DNA from: Octopus sinensis | Taxonomy: Eukaryota | Reading direction: 5' to 3' | Assembly (NCBI RefSeq): GCF_006345805.1 | Contig: NC_043000.1 | Span: 17,670,001-17,734,000, forward strand | DNA length: 64,000 bases | In this document: piece after piece, positions 1 through 13,502 of the stretch | Numbering within the stretch: position 1 is the stretch's first letter | Layout of the letters: each line of letters begins with the position of its first letter | Notes under the pieces: model-generated | What the model was told of the DNA's origin: nothing | Database searches by the model: none | Seen by the model: the letters and a program-made list of their open reading frames with translations, nothing else | Program-made: the position numbers and the translations under genes

Positions 1-56
<56 letters not shown>

Positions 57-579
57 TGAAGAAGAGGAATATTCCTTGTGTTGTATGTCTTGTACTCTAT
101 TTTTTCGTTGTTTAAGAAAAATGTCCATTTCCTTGGTTTTGTTTTTATGTTTTCGTTTCTCATTGTGTTCGTTTATTTTGGTGTCCTGTACCCACATATG
201 CATGTATATATATACATGTAGAGGTAGGTACGTACATATATGTATGTATATATGCATATGTTTTATTTATTATTTTGTTATTATATATATATATATATAT
301 TGTTTAATGGAAGTTTTTCTCAAAATTATATATATATCTAACACGTGCTTGATAACGTTGAGAACTGAAAGTGCTTGCACATCTATTAAAGCCTAGACAT
401 AATTTGTGAAATTCCTTTCTAAAGATTGGTACCATTCTATTCGCTAAACAGCCTTTTCTTAATCTTAACTTTTTGAAAAAAATTTTCTCTAAATATTAAA
501 ACTGCATCAAGAATTTCCTAAACTCTCTCTCTTTCTCTCTCTCTCTATCTACTCTCTCTCTCTCTCTTCTCTCTCTCTC

Positions 580-621
<42 letters not shown>

Positions 622-1362
622 ATATATATAATAATATAACTGAACATAAAAACAAATATGAATATAGATATATATATATATATATATATGTGCGTGTGTG
701 TGTACAGGTTTCTTTCAGTTTCCTTCTCTCAAATTTATTTGCAAGGCTTCAGTTGGTCCTTACCCAATGTGTCATGGAGTGTGATTGAACCTGAAACTAC
801 ATGGTTGCAACATGAACTTCTTATCCATACTGCCATGATACTTTGCCGTGGAATTGAACGCAAAACCAAAGTGAACTTTTTAAGCACACAGCCTTGCCTG
901 TCCATATGAGCCATATGTGTACTCATGTACTCATGTACTCCTAATAGTTAAAAATATTAAAAGTAAAAATCTTGCCACACACACAGACACACAAACACAC
1001 ACACACACACACTGACACTTATACATACATACATACATACATACATTCACACATACATTCACTCATATACATGCATACGTACATACATACATACATTCAT
1101 ACATACATACATACATACATACAAACACACACACATACATACATACATACATACATACATACTTACATTCACACATACATTCACTCATCTACATGCATAC
1201 ATACATACGTACATACATACATACATACATACATTCATACATACATACATACATACATACATACATACACACACACATACATACATACATACATACATAC
1301 ATACATACATACATACACACACACATACATACATACGTACATACATGCATACATAAACACAC

Positions 1363-1394
<32 letters not shown>

Positions 1395-2260
1395 ACATAC
1401 ATACATACATACATATATACATACGTGTTGTGTGTGTGTTATCTAAATACACATAGTGTACTTCCTTTCAGTCAATTATTTTTTTGTGAGTGGCAAATAT
1501 TGGGTCAATTATTTCTTCTTATGATGTAATAAAATGAGAGGACGATATCAACAAAACACAGTTTTTTTTTTACTGGTTTATTTATTATGTGGGTGGGTTC
1601 TTTGATGATACATTAAGATCTACTGCTGAATCTACATCTTAATTTCAGTATTTAGTGGTTACTACATTATTATCATTCTAAATTGTTATTCATAGAACAT
1701 TTACAATAACTCCAACAACATTGAATTACATGAATATAAAGACAAAGAGTATCATCATCATCATCATCATTTAATGTCCGTTTTCCACGCTAGCACAGGT
1801 TGGACGGTTCGACCGGGGTCTGGGAAGCCAGGGGCTGCACCAGGCTCCAGTCTGATCTGGCAGAGTTTCTACAGCTGGATGCCCTTCCTAACGCCAACCA
1901 CTCCACGACTGTAGTGGGTACTTTTTACGTGCCACCTGCACAGGTGCCAGGGGGGTCCGGCATCGGCCACGATCGGTTGGAGCTTTTAACGTGTCACTGG
2001 CACGGAAGCCAGCCAGGGCGGTGCTGGCAACGGCCACGTTCGGATGGTGCTTTTTATGTGCCACTGGCACAGAAGCCAGTCGGGTCGACGCTGGCATTGG
2101 CCACGTTCGGATGGTGCTTTTTATGTGCCACCGGCACAGAAGCCAGTCGAGGCGGCGCTGGCAACGGTATATGTTATATGTTATTAGATTTGCACATTCT
2201 CACACTTCCCAACTTAAAGGCGGTGCACACACACACACACACACATACATACACACATAC

Positions 2261-2291
<31 letters not shown>

Positions 2292-2298
2292 TACACAA

Positions 2299-2329
<31 letters not shown>

Positions 2330-2585
2330 TACACACATGTTTGCATATATGTATTTGTGTGTGAAGTTCCGTGGACAAGTGGTTTGGGTGTTGCACTTTC
2401 ATGGTTGCAAGGTCGTGGTTTCAATTCTCAGACTGGCTGTACAGTGCATTCTTGAGCAAAACTTTTTATTTCACAGTTCTCCCGTTCACTCAACGGACGT
2501 TAAACGATGATGATGATGATGATGATGTAGTATATATAGTATGTATAGTGTATATAGTATGTGTAGTATAATAATAATAATAATA

Positions 2586-2639
<54 letters not shown>

Positions 2640-2770
2640 TGAAATTATTGTATACAGTGCTCAGGTGCACCACAACTTGTCAAAAAGTGCGTATAAAGAA
2701 TATGCAGTAATGTAAAAATGCCTGGGAAGTGAACAGTGTATGATGTTGGTGCTGATGATGAAGATGATGA

Positions 2771-2804
<34 letters not shown>

Positions 2805-2831
2805 GGTGGTGGTGGTGGTGGTGATGATGAA

Positions 2832-2914
<83 letters not shown>

Positions 2915-2933
2915 CGGTGGTGGTGATGATGAA

Positions 2934-2964
<31 letters not shown>

Positions 2965-3739
2965 TGTGTGTGTGTATGTGTGTGTAATGTTTGTCTATAA
3001 CACATCCTCTTCTGTTAACAGCTGAAATGCAATAGTCTCATATTGATACCAAACAATTTGTAAATATACACTGTAATTTCTGTGCCTGTTTGTACATACT
3101 TGAAGGTATATCATTACTGCTTCCTCCAGTTCTTACTGATACTTTAGATCAGAACAATGTAATTCTTTGGGGCATTTTTTAATATGAACTTTAAGTAACA
3201 GGATGACTGCAAGTAGTTGTTCTTAAGTGAGGTTAAAGGATTGACAAACCATTGAAAGAGCTGCTATGCTGTCAGTTGCTCTAGCAGCCAAACCATCTTC
3301 AAATCACAACCAACCATTTAAAAAAAAAAAGGAGGGACATTTTGAATAATATATTTCAGAGTTAATTAGCAAGAGTTTGCAAAAAAAAAAAAAAAAAAAA
3401 AAGAGAGAGAAAACTAAAAGTAATTTTACTGGTACAGGCTTGGCTGATTGGTTAAGAAGCTTGCTTTGCAAGCACATAGTTTCAGGTTCAGTCCAACTGT
3501 GTGGCACCTTGGGCAAGTACCTTCTACCGTAGCCCTGGGCTGACCAATTCCTTGCAAGTAAGTCTGGTAGACAGAAACTGTGCAGAAGCCTATTGTACAT
3601 ATATATGTATGTATTATGTATGTATCATGTATATATATGTGTATATATATATATATGTATGCATGTATATATGTATGTATATGTATCTATAAATGTATGT
3701 ATATATATGTGTGTGTGTGTGTATATATGTATGTATGTA

Positions 3740-3780
<41 letters not shown>

Positions 3781-4439
3781 TCATCATCATCATCGTTTAA
3801 CATCCGTTTTCTGCGCTAGCACAGGTTGGACAGTTCGACCGGGGTCTGGGAAGCCAGGGGCTGTACCAGGCTCCAGTCTGATCTGGCAGTGTTTCTACAG
3901 CTGGATGCCCTTCCTAACACCAACCACTCCGCAAGTGTAGTGGGTGCTTTTTACGTGCCACTGGCACAGGTGCCAGGGGATTCTGGCATCGGCCACGATC
4001 GGTTGGTGCTTTTAACATGCCACCGGCATATATATATACATATACATACATGTATGTATGCATATGTGTATGTACGTATGTATATAATATGTGTGCATAT
4101 CTATATGTGTGTCTGTCATTATGTGTGTGTTCCCAATCCCTACCACTTGACAACTTGTGTTGGTTTGTTTACACCCTCATAACCAAGCAGTTTGGCAAAA
4201 GAAAACAATAAAATAAATACTAGGCTTAAAAGAAAAAAGAAGTATTGGAGCAGGTGGGTGGGGGGGCAATTTATTTAACCCAAATCCTTCAAGGATGTGC
4301 TCCAGCATAGCCACAATCCTATGACAAAAACAAGTAAAAGAAGACAGAAAAAAGCAAAAAAAAAAAAAGCAAGGGAAATAGTAATATTATTTTTATTTTT
4401 GTCCCTAATTACAAGTGTCGACTCACAATGTCTTTTGGT

Positions 4440-5330
4440 CTTATATCCTCATCAGTTACATATAATCTCTGTAGATGTTGCCAATGTTAGTTCCTCTAAT
4501 TGTATGTGAAACATTGGGCAGCAGCAAAAGATCTCCATCTTCTGTGGTCTTCTGCAAGAGATTTGGCATCCTTCCAGCTCTTCTGCATCTAGATCCTTCA
4601 GAACTATCCTCTTCTATGTTATTTATGGGTGTCCACATTTCCTTTTCCCACCTTCTGGCTTTTTTCAATCAAGGGAGAGCTTTAGGTGACTTGTTGATGG
4701 TATTTTAAAGACGAAAAGGTGGCGAGCTGGCAGAAACGTTAGCATGCCGGGCGAAATGCTTTGTGGTATTTCGTCCACTGCTGCGTTCTGAGTTCAAATT
4801 CCGCTGAGGTCGACTTGGCCTTTCATCCTTTCGGGGTCGATAAATTAAGTACCAGTTACGCACTGGGGTCGATATAATCGACTTAATCCGTTTGTCTGTC
4901 TTTGTTTGTCCTCTCTGTGTTTAGCCCCTTGTGAGTAGTAAAGAAATAGGTATTTTAAAGACATGTCCAAGAAACCTCAGACAACGATCTTTCACTGTTA
5001 TACACAGTGGTTTCTGCTTAGTTCCCCCACAGACTTCTTCATTGGTTATTCTGTTCTGCCAAGAGATGTTAAGAAGCTTTTCAGAAGCACTTCTAGTGGA
5101 ATACATTGAACTTATGGAAAAGTCCTGTTTAAGTAGCATATATGGTGACGGGGACCACCAAAGAATTGTACAAAACTATCTTGCTTCTTAGAGTCATCTG
5201 ATTAGATTGCCAGATGTTTCTTAGCCTTCTAAAGACAGAGCCTGCTTTTCCAATTCTGCTCAGCATGTCTTGCTCTGCATCACTCCTGTTGGAAATGTTG
5301 CTACCCTAACAGATGTACCTCTCAGTTTCA
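4440..5330 (-). mobile_element. RTE-type LINE ORF2 3' remnant interrupted by a family D SINE
   Basis: Minus-strand LLNISWQNRITNEEV...KDRCLRFLGHVFK, then GGKRKCGHP*IT*KRIVLKDL after removing the SINE. Confidence 0.75.
4713..4948 (+). mobile_element. Family D tRNA-like SINE (head aaggcggcgagctggcagaa, tail aaagaaata); further copies at 8590-8828(-), 28594-28830(+), 40743-40972(-), 53439-53654(+), 55519-55752(+), 62957-63136(+, variant tail)
   Basis: B-box-like GAGTTCAAATTCC; 14-bp TSD ggtattttaaagac at 4699-4712 and 4949-4962; TSDs also visible at other copies (e.g. tacagctatttct 8577-8589/8829-8841). Confidence 0.9.
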
Positions 5331-5382
5331 TCTGCATGTGTGTTATTTACTTGTATTTCAATAAGGTTTTCTTCCTTCACTA

Positions 5383-5769
5383 GTGGAGGCGCAATGGCCC
5401 AGTGGTTAGGGCAGCGGACACGCGGTCATAGGATCGTGGTTTCGATTCCCAGACCGGGCGTTGTGAGTGTTTATTGAGCGAAAACACCTAAAAGCTCCAC
5501 AAGGCTCCGGCAGGGGATGGTGGTGATCCCTGCTGTACTCTTTCACCACAACTTTCTCTCACTCTTACTTCCTGTTTCTGTTGTACCTGTATTTCAAGGG
5601 GCTGGCCTTGTCACTCTCTGTGTCACGCTGAATATCCGTGAGAACTACGTTAAGGGTGCATGTGTCTGTGGAGTGCTCAGCCACTTACACGTTAATTTCA
5701 CGAGCAGGCTGTTCCGTTGATTCGGATCAACCGGAACCCTCATCGTCGTAACCGATGGAGTGCTTCCAC
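5383..5769 (+). mobile_element. Family A tRNA-headed SINE, tail X; other copies 20089-20475(-), 45405-45788(+), 59773-60155(-)
   Basis: Head tggaggcgcaatggcccagtggttagggcagcgg...gtttcgattccc (A/B-box-like); 11-bp TSDs cttccttcact (5371/5772), atggttctaga (20078/20476), tatgagccagt (45394/45789). Confidence 0.9.
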
Positions 5770-6099
5770 CACTTCCTTCACTGGCATGACTTTTGTCTTT
5801 TCTGAGCTGATTTTTAACCTAACTCTAGCCATGTGACTGTTGCCAAAGTAGAGATGAGAAAATCAGTAAAGATTAAAAGATTGTACAATAGTTTCTGTTG
5901 GAAAATAGGATTGTTTAGAAAATAAATAATTCTATGATACCATCTGTATGAAACATAATAGTTAAGTTCATATTAGTATATTGAATGCAAGGAGCACTTA
6001 CAAGCTAACTTTTTATGGCATTTCATGTAAAACTATATAATTTAATATCGTACTTATGTGTAAAATTTATAAAAGTGTGTCCTGGTATCATGTTTTCCA

Positions 6100-6312
6100 T
6101 ACTCTTTTACTCTTTTACTTGTTTCAGTCATTTGACTGCGGCCATGCTAGAGCACCGCCTTTAGTCGTGCAAATCGACCCTGGGACTTATTCTTTGTAAG
6201 CCCAGTACTTATTCTATCGGTCTCTTTTGCCGAACCGCTAAGTGACGGGGATGTAAACACACCAGCATCGGTTGTCAAGCAATGCTAGGGGGACAAACAC
6301 AGACACACAAAC

Positions 6313-6343
<31 letters not shown>

Positions 6344-6515
6344 CATATATACGACAGGCTTCTTTCAGTTTCCGTCTACCAAATCCACTCACAAGGCATT
6401 GGTCGGCCCAGGGCTATAGCAGAAGACACTTGCCCAAGATGCCACGCAGTGGGACTGAACCCGGAACCATGTGGTTGGTTAGCAAGCTACTTACCACACA
6501 GCCACTCCTGCGCCT
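6100..6515 (-). mobile_element. Family C SINE; other - copies about 31152-31558, 35101-35580, 36280-36671, 37172-37590, 40475-41124, 44374-44727, 46146-46557, 47705-48095, 49597-49996, 52763-53194, 61274-61733
   Basis: Reverse complement of the family C sequence (tactcttttacttgtttcagtcatttgactgcggcc...ccacacagccactcctgcgcct). Confidence 0.9.
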
Positions 6516-7739
6516 ATGTTCGTTTTTATCATACATCATTATTGTAGTTTTTACATCTGCTTTTTCCACACTGGTATAATTTGGACAAGATTTATTTAGG
6601 TAGTATGCTATAGTTGGATGCCCTTCATAATGCCGAGGCATTTAAAAAAAATTTTATTCCACTGCTTTTCATACATTGAAATTGCTGAAAATGCTATTGG
6701 TCCAGAAGGCATAATGTTTATAGGAGAAGCAAACAATTAGATCTAAGTTCAAATTCTGTTGATGAGGAGATATGCTGAAACAACAAATACATATACATAC
6801 AAACACAGGCACACACGCACACACACATGCACACTCTCTCTCTCACACACACATTAGACTTCTGTCTACTGAATTTCACTCAGAGAGCATCAGCTAACCT
6901 TGCTCAGTGAATTGGAACCTGAAACCACCTGGTAACAAAGCCTATAAGAAAGTCTTGGAGAGCTAAGAGAGGCCCAAGAATATCTGAGGAGTCTGACTTG
7001 AAAAAATAAATACCTCACAGATCCCTTAAATTTTGAAAGAATTCCTTTCTGTTGTAGAGATTGGGACCTTGTTCCATGTTATAAAGTTCCTTTCGAATGC
7101 TCTGGCCTCTGGAATAATTGATTCAGAAGCAAGAGAGACTAGAGAAAAGGTTCTTTACTATTTTTCTATCGTTTTTAATTAGTCTGTAGAGATGGGCAGT
7201 CCCATCACCACCACCACCACCACCACCACCACCACCAGACTGATAGGACCGATGCAGTATTTTGTTCAGTTTCAATATCTGTAGGTTACATACATCTGCA
7301 GAAGAAAGAAACATACCCAGGGAGAAGATTCTACAGAATTGGAATTCTGAAGATGAATGATTGGGAAGTGTTCTATGCAAGGGGTCTGAGAAGCAAGACA
7401 GAGCAGAGATGATAAGGAAAAATGGAATAAGGAAGATGTGAATTTGATGAGGTGGGCCTATATGAAGCCAGTGTACAGGTTATTGTTCGAAAGATACTGT
7501 AAGTAGAAGTAAAAGTAACAGAGAGAAGAAACAGCACATCTTGTAGCTGGTGGTTGTCGGGTATGGGTTACAGAATCTTTCTCAATAAGCTGAATGATCT
7601 TCCTTTATGAAGTCTAGTATGTTTGTGTGTGTGTGTAGCAGCATCTCGACTATCACTTCTATATTACAGTTAAAAACTGATATCTAACAGACTGCCAAAC
7701 TATGCAGCAACAGACTAGCACAGACCAGACTAAATCAAT

Positions 7740-7806
7740 ATGGATAATAATGTTGAACAGATGAACATGGATAATTCTTTAATGGCTCAATTAAAAGGTA
7801 TTAAAG
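7740..7806 (+). CDS. Candidate first coding exon of an unidentified host gene (MDNNVEQMNMDNSLMAQLKGIK, ends phase 1)
   Basis: ATG at 7740 preceded by in-frame TAA; open to a consensus donor AAG|GTAAGT at 7806/7807; possible upstream acceptor ctatattacag ending 7669; not within a recognisable repeat. Confidence 0.45.
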
Positions 7807-9765
7807 GTAAGTAGTGTTTTGGTGATTATTGCTAAATCTCACATGTCTTTAATCAGATGAACTGCTGTGGCAAAGTTAACACTTCACTCACCTCTTAAGT
7901 GTATAAGATTAGGGTTATACATGTATGGTTTGGTTTTAAAGCACCATCCGTTTGTGGCCGTTGCCAGCCTCCCTTGGCCCCCGTGCCGGTGGCACATAAA
8001 ATGCACCATCTGATAGTGGCCATTTGCCAGACTCGTCTGGCACCTGTGCTGGTAGCACGTAAAAAGCACCCACTACACTCACGGAGTGGTTGGCGTTAGG
8101 AAGGGCATCCAGCCGTAGAAACATTGCCAGATCAAACTGGGCCTGGTGCAGCCTTCTGGCTTCACAGACCCCAGTTGAACCGTCCAACCCATGCTAGCAT
8201 GGAGAACGGACGCTAAATGATGATGATGATGGGCCAGAAATATGGAGCTTAGTTTTAACTTGTGCTAACTTGGATCATCAGTCTTTGTTTTACTTCATGG
8301 AAACTAGGAGACAAGTTTAGTTTTACTTTGGAATATTGATGGAATGAATTTTTCTTAGTGCTGTTAACATCATGTTCATTATCAATGGTACTGTTTGTTC
8401 AGTTTCTGTACATGTTTTCAAAACATATTAGGTCAGAATTGAACTCTCAAACTTGTACTTCACGCAGTGTTCCAATTTGTTGCAGCCTCCTGGCTTCCCA
8501 GACCCCAGTTGAACTGTCCAACCCATGCTAGTATGGAAAGCGGACATTAAACGTTGATGATGATTAGACTTAATAATACAGCTATTTCTTATTTCTTTAT
8601 TGCCCACAAGGGGCAAAACATAGAGGGGGACAAACAAGGACAGACAAAGGGATTAAGTCGATTACATCAACTCCAGTGCATAACTGGTACTTTATTTATC
8701 GACCGCGAAAGGATGAAAGGCAAAGTCGACCTCAACGGAATTTGAACTCAGAACGTAACAGTAGATGAAATTCCGCTAAGCATTTCGCCCAGCGTGCTAA
8801 CGATTCTGCCAGCTCACCGCCTTTCAGCTACAGCTATTTCTAGCAGAGTGAACAACTGTACAGAAGCCCTTTCATGTTATTACTTAGCTTGATGAAGTGA
8901 GGTACTGTTCATAACCTTCTTTGGCCTTCTCAGGCTGCTGAAATTAATGCAGCTGATGTTCAGCATAAGCTTCTACAAATCAGTGTCATCTCTGTCTTCA
9001 ACTCAAAACGGTCACTGCATACATCAAGAAGAAAATCTTGTTTCTTGCCCTCTCTAGAGCTTAGGCAACATGCAATTAAAACACTCAACATTGTTAAAAA
9101 TACAAAGCCACATAATCACTGACAATGTCATCCAATGATTTCACATTGGAAACAGAATAAAAACAGTCCTAAAGACCTGCTTTGTTCTTCAGATCCAGGG
9201 AATATATCAGCTCTAAACAGTCATTAACTTTCTAAAAAGACCGAATAATACTTGGAATGGAGTATTGTTCCCAAATCTGAGAAGATACTGCTCTTACAAA
9301 TACAAACATTCTAGTCTGCATCCAACAAAAATCTAATTACCAAAGACTAACTCTGCAGCACACTTCAATCACTGTCCTGGACATGTGTTTTTCTATTCTG
9401 CAATTTCTTCTGCTATTAGAAAAGTTGCTGTTTCTCAGAAATAGTTGGTTGCATACCACCTCCACCTAAACCTACTGGAAACAACTGTCTTTCTCTCTCC
9501 TACCACTGAAACACTGTCACTCTTCACCCCAGGATTAACTGCTATACCTATTTTCTTCCTTGCTAAATTATTAACCATCTAGAATTCCCTTCTGTTCAGT
9601 ACTTTTCAACAGTAGTTGACTCGCAGTTGAACATGAACAGCATCAATTGTGCCAGCTTTGGAGCCCTATTGTAGATGTGGAAGTAATATTCCATTGAGAC
9701 CTTCATTTATGTTTTGTAGAGGTGTTGGGGCTGAATAATGATAATTGTTGGGGCTGAAGTATCTT

Positions 9766-10166
9766 CTTATTTCTTTATTACCCACAAGGGGCTAAACATA
9801 GAGGGGACAAACAAGGACAGACAAAGGGATTAAGTTGATTACATCGACCCCAGTGCGTAGCTGCTACTTAATTTATCGACCCCGAAAGGATGAAAGGCAA
9901 AGTTGACCGTGGCAGAATTTGAACTCAGAACGTAACGGCAGATGAAATACCTATTTCTTTACTACCCTCAAGGGGCTAAACACAGAGAGGACAAACAAAC
10001 AAGTACAGACAAATGGATAAAGTCAATTATATCGACCCCAGTGCATAACTGGTACTTATTTAATCAACCCCAAAAGGATGAAAGTTGACCTCAGCAGAAT
10101 TTGAACTGAGAACGTAGTGTCAGACGAAATACCACTAAGCATTTTGCCCGGTGTGCTTAACGTTTC
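9766..10166 (-). mobile_element. Family D SINE dimer
   Basis: Same junction (plus strand gaaatacc|tatttc) at 9951/9952. Confidence 0.8.
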
Positions 10167-10714
10167 TGCCATTACAAAGTTGGTCCTTGTTACAATGTGG
10201 TGGCTTGTGCACCACAATGACCATGAGAGCTATGTCAGTGGTGCATAAGCTCCTTGTAGGGCCTCCTATGCTGAACAGGTCAAAGGATAGAGACCAGACT
10301 AATATGGATTACCTCTTCCCAGAGGCAAAAATAGGTTTTCATAGGGCCAACACCCTTATTTAGAAAAAAAAAGCAAAGTTACAGAGGTGTTGATAACAAT
10401 TCAAACCCAACAAATTCTGGGAAAAGAAGGTCTTTTCTTAGGGAAACATGCAGGATAAAAGTTTCCTTCCTGAATCATACCAACTCATAAAGGCTGGTTT
10501 CCTGGTTTCCATGGCATACATATATTCCCCACTCATCACTGGATTATGCATTTTTGCCAGTTGAGCAGACTTGAGCAACATAAAACGAAATATTTTGCTC
10601 AAGAACACAACATGTAGCTTGGGCCAAGAATCGAAACCACAATCTTATGATCATGAGTCCAACACTCTAACCACTTGGCCACACACCTCCATAAACATGC
10701 AGGATGCTGAGGTA

Positions 10715-10825
10715 GAGTTGAAAAAACAGGGATCAACTAGAGAGAAGCTGAAAAACAGCCCAGAGTTGAGAACAGAAGAATCATTGGTGGCCTACGCTTT
10801 GTAGAAAGTGAAGGGCTTAAGTAAG
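10715..10825 (+). mobile_element. RTE LINE extreme 3' end
   Basis: Degenerate C-terminus ending gaagggcttaagtaag, a (TAAG)-type tail. Confidence 0.45.
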
Positions 10826-11470
10826 AGAAGAGCCAGTTGCTGAGCTGTGGTTCTAGCTATGTTAATGATGTTAGGTCTCCCTAAAGATCCTTCTTAGTTT
10901 GGCCAAGAGAGATCCTTAGAGATAGTGAGACCCAATATTTCAAGCAATCATAAAGAATTTAGTTACTTCTGGTGTACTGTTGCTCATTTATCTTTGCCAT
11001 GACTTGATTATATCTTTGTTGAAGCTTGATTATCTTTCCTAAGATTCACTTTTAGTTTGTGAGTCCTGTTTTATCTGTACAGAGCTTGATTCATCTTTGC
11101 TGAGCCATGTCTATCTTTACTAAGCTTCACTTATCTTTGTTGAGTCACACTTATTTTTGTTAAGACTAACTTACTTTTGTTGAGCTTATTTCTCTTATGT
11201 GATACTAGCTTGTCTGAGGTTTAATTTATTCATTTATTTATCAGGTTTATTTGTTTCTTTTTCCTTCCTACAATTTCAGTAATTATCTGATTGCCTTTTC
11301 CTTTCTTTCTTTCTTTTTTTTTTTGTTAATCTTTGAAATACCAAAACAAGGCTGTGGGCACTGCATGCTCTTGATCAATAAAATGAAATATTCTCTCTTC
11401 TCTCTCACCTGCTTTTTCTCTCTCCCTTTCACATAGGCATACATACTCATACAGAAACACAAGGAAACAT

Positions 11471-11517
<47 letters not shown>

Positions 11518-11641
11518 CAGTATATATATTCAAACACAAACAAACACTTCCACTATACACATGCATAGACATTCTATGTATGAAACACATGCTGACATAC
11601 GCGTACCCCTTTACACACACACACACACATATGCACACACA

Positions 11642-11672
<31 letters not shown>

Positions 11673-11935
11673 CACTTACACATTTACATAGGCGAAGTTT
11701 AGTTTGTCCAACTGTAATACAGTCAGACCAAGGAAAGCTTGTTGAGTGAAAAGAATGTCTATGTGTGAACATATTCTTTAAACATTACACAATATGTCCT
11801 AGTTCATTGGATTAATTGAACCAATGCCACAGAGACACACACATATACATATTTACTGCAATATGTACATATATTTATATATATATACACACACACACAC
11901 ACACCATATGCACATACATACATACATATATACAT

Positions 11936-12346
11936 AGGCGCAGGAGTGGCTGTATGGTAAGTAGCTTGTCTACCAACCACATGGTTCTGGGTTCAGTCCC
12001 ACTGCGTGGCATCCTGGGCAAGTGTCTTCTACTATAGCCTCAGGCCGACCAAAGCCTTGTGAGTGGATTTGGTAGACGGAAACTGAAAGAAGGCCATCGT
12101 ATATATGTATATATATATATATGCGTGTGTCTGTTTGTGTGTCTGTGTTTGTCCCCCTAGCATTGCTTGACAACCGATGCTGGTGTGTTTATGTCCCCGT
12201 TACTTAGCGGTTCAGCAAAAGAGACCGATAGAATAAGTACTGGGCTTACAAAAGAATAAGTCCCGGGGTCGAGTTGTCGATTAAAAGGCAGTGCTCCAGC
12301 ATGGCCACAGTCAAATGACTGAAACAAGTAAAAGAGTAAAAGAGTA
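11936..12346 (+). mobile_element. Family C tRNA-headed SINE with internal (TA)/(CA) microsatellite and (AAAAGAGT)n tail; other + copies about 21665-22070, 24066-24400, 31819-32220, 34546-34980, 46687-47099, 48241-48666
   Basis: Head aggcgcaggagtggctgtgtggtaag...gggttcagtccc, near-identical across copies; 3' end gactgaaacaagtaaaagagtaaaagagt. Confidence 0.9.
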
Positions 12347-12605
12347 TTCGTATAGTTGTGTATATGTGTTAGAGTATGTATCTGTATGTATATGAGTCGG
12401 TATACATTTTGAAAGATATGTATGTGCATATATATGTAAGTGTGCAAATACAAATATTTGTATATAAATGTGTCTATAAATGCATGTGTGTGTTTGTGTG
12501 GTGTGGGTGATGTGTATGTGTGTGTGTTGTATTACAGTAATCAAAGGAAGAAGTTCCCATGAGACTTTCTACTAATATTTTTGTTCCTCTTTTTCACCTC
12601 AATAG

Positions 12606-12657
12606 TTTACAGCTTTCTTGAAAGGAAACAGTCACAGTTCAGAACCAAGTTCCACTG
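12606..12657 (+). CDS. Candidate coding exon 2 (V)YSFLERKQSQFRTKFH(W/C), phase 1 to phase 2
   Basis: Long pyrimidine tract ttttgttcctctttttcacctcaatag| at 12605/12606, donor CTG|GTAGGA at 12657/12658; open in the phase left by the 7740-7806 exon. Confidence 0.45.
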
Positions 12658-13168
12658 GTAGGATACAAGCATCAGAAATTCTAATTTTTCATTGCTGTTT
12701 TGCTTATTAATTAAAGTGATTCTTGAGAGTAACACTGCGGTTGAGCGGAAATTGAAGTGGAACATTGCAAACTGGAGCAGACTTGGGTCAATAAGAGAAA
12801 CAAATATTAGTTAGTGAAATTTGTGGGGGAAATTTAGCTGCTATATATCTAACAGGTTGAATGAAGAAGTGGTGGCTTGAATGTGGGAACATAGACAAAA
12901 TTATATGTTTTTAGGACCTCGTGTTTGCTGGTGTGGACGTTTCTTCTTGAATATATTAAATTGGCAGACATCTCATTTCTTTGTCATCTCTTCCATGAGG
13001 CTCAACATTCTGAGGTGAGTCTTCACTACTTCGTCTCATGTTTTCCTGCTCTCTCTCTTCCACAAGTCCCATCCACATTTACAAACCATCTCTTCTTTAA
13101 GCAGCTGTTTTTATCCATACACGTGCATGACCATACCAGCACAGTCTTCTCTTTTGTATACTACATCT

Positions 13169-13384
13169 TATTTCTTTACTGCCCACAAGGGGCTACATAC
13201 AAACGGATTAAGTCGATTATATCGACCCCAGTGCATAACTGGTACTTATTTAATCGACCTCGAAAGCATGAAAGGCAAAGTCAACCTCAGTGGAATTTGA
13301 ACTCAGAACGTAGCGACAGACGAAATACCACTAAGCATTTCACCCGGCGTGCTAACGATTCTGCCAGCTCGCCGCCTTTTTCAC
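13169..13384 (-). mobile_element. Family D SINE directly downstream of the 5S copy (same insertion)
   Basis: Head GAAAAAGGCGGCGAGCTGGCAGAA, tail CCCCTTGTGGGCAGTAAAGAAATA; 5S plus SINE flanked by ttgtatactacatct at 13154-13168 and 13504-13518. Confidence 0.9.
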
Positions 13385-13502
13385 GCTAACAGCACCTAGG
13401 CTTCCCAAGCGATCACCCATCTAAGTACTAACTAGGCTCGATGTTGCTTAACTTCGGTGATCGAACAAGAACCGGTGCTTTCAACATGATATGGCCGTAA
13501 GC
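13385..13502 (-). rRNA. 5S rRNA: Full-length 5S rRNA copy, probably a retroposed pseudogene
   Basis: Minus strand reads GCTTACGGCCATATCATGTTGAAAGCACCGGTTCTTGTTCGATCACCGAAGTTAAGCAACATCGAGCCTAGTTAGTACTTAGATGGGTGATCGCTTGGGAAGCCTAGGTGCTGTTAGC (118 nt) with the metazoan 5S layout and box A/box C; transitions in loop C and box C, no oligo-T terminator. Confidence 0.95.

Noticed and set aside
972-1529. Long low-complexity ORFs here and at 25976-26925, 29194-29828, 37478-40408, 42259-43983, 57461-58887
   Set aside because: Translations of di-, tri- and tetranucleotide microsatellites, often open in several frames and on both strands.
1800-2510. 236-aa ORF MDGSTGVWEARG... and similar recurring ORFs (MSSNARG..., MTTDAG..., MVVIPAVL...)
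   Set aside because: Incidental frames through SINE copies; differently disrupted in each copy.
5383-5455. SINE heads as tRNA genes
   Set aside because: A/B-box-like motifs but no complete cloverleaf or terminator; continue into SINE bodies with TSDs.
8840-9700. Possible LINE remnants here and at 6950-7600, 53830-54250, 54930-55470
   Set aside because: Only faint motif resemblance by eye; not supportable without a profile search.
12915-13014. Apparent exon with strong GAG|GTGAGT donor
   Set aside because: Lies in the antisense of an RTE remnant; the peptide is unrecognisable.
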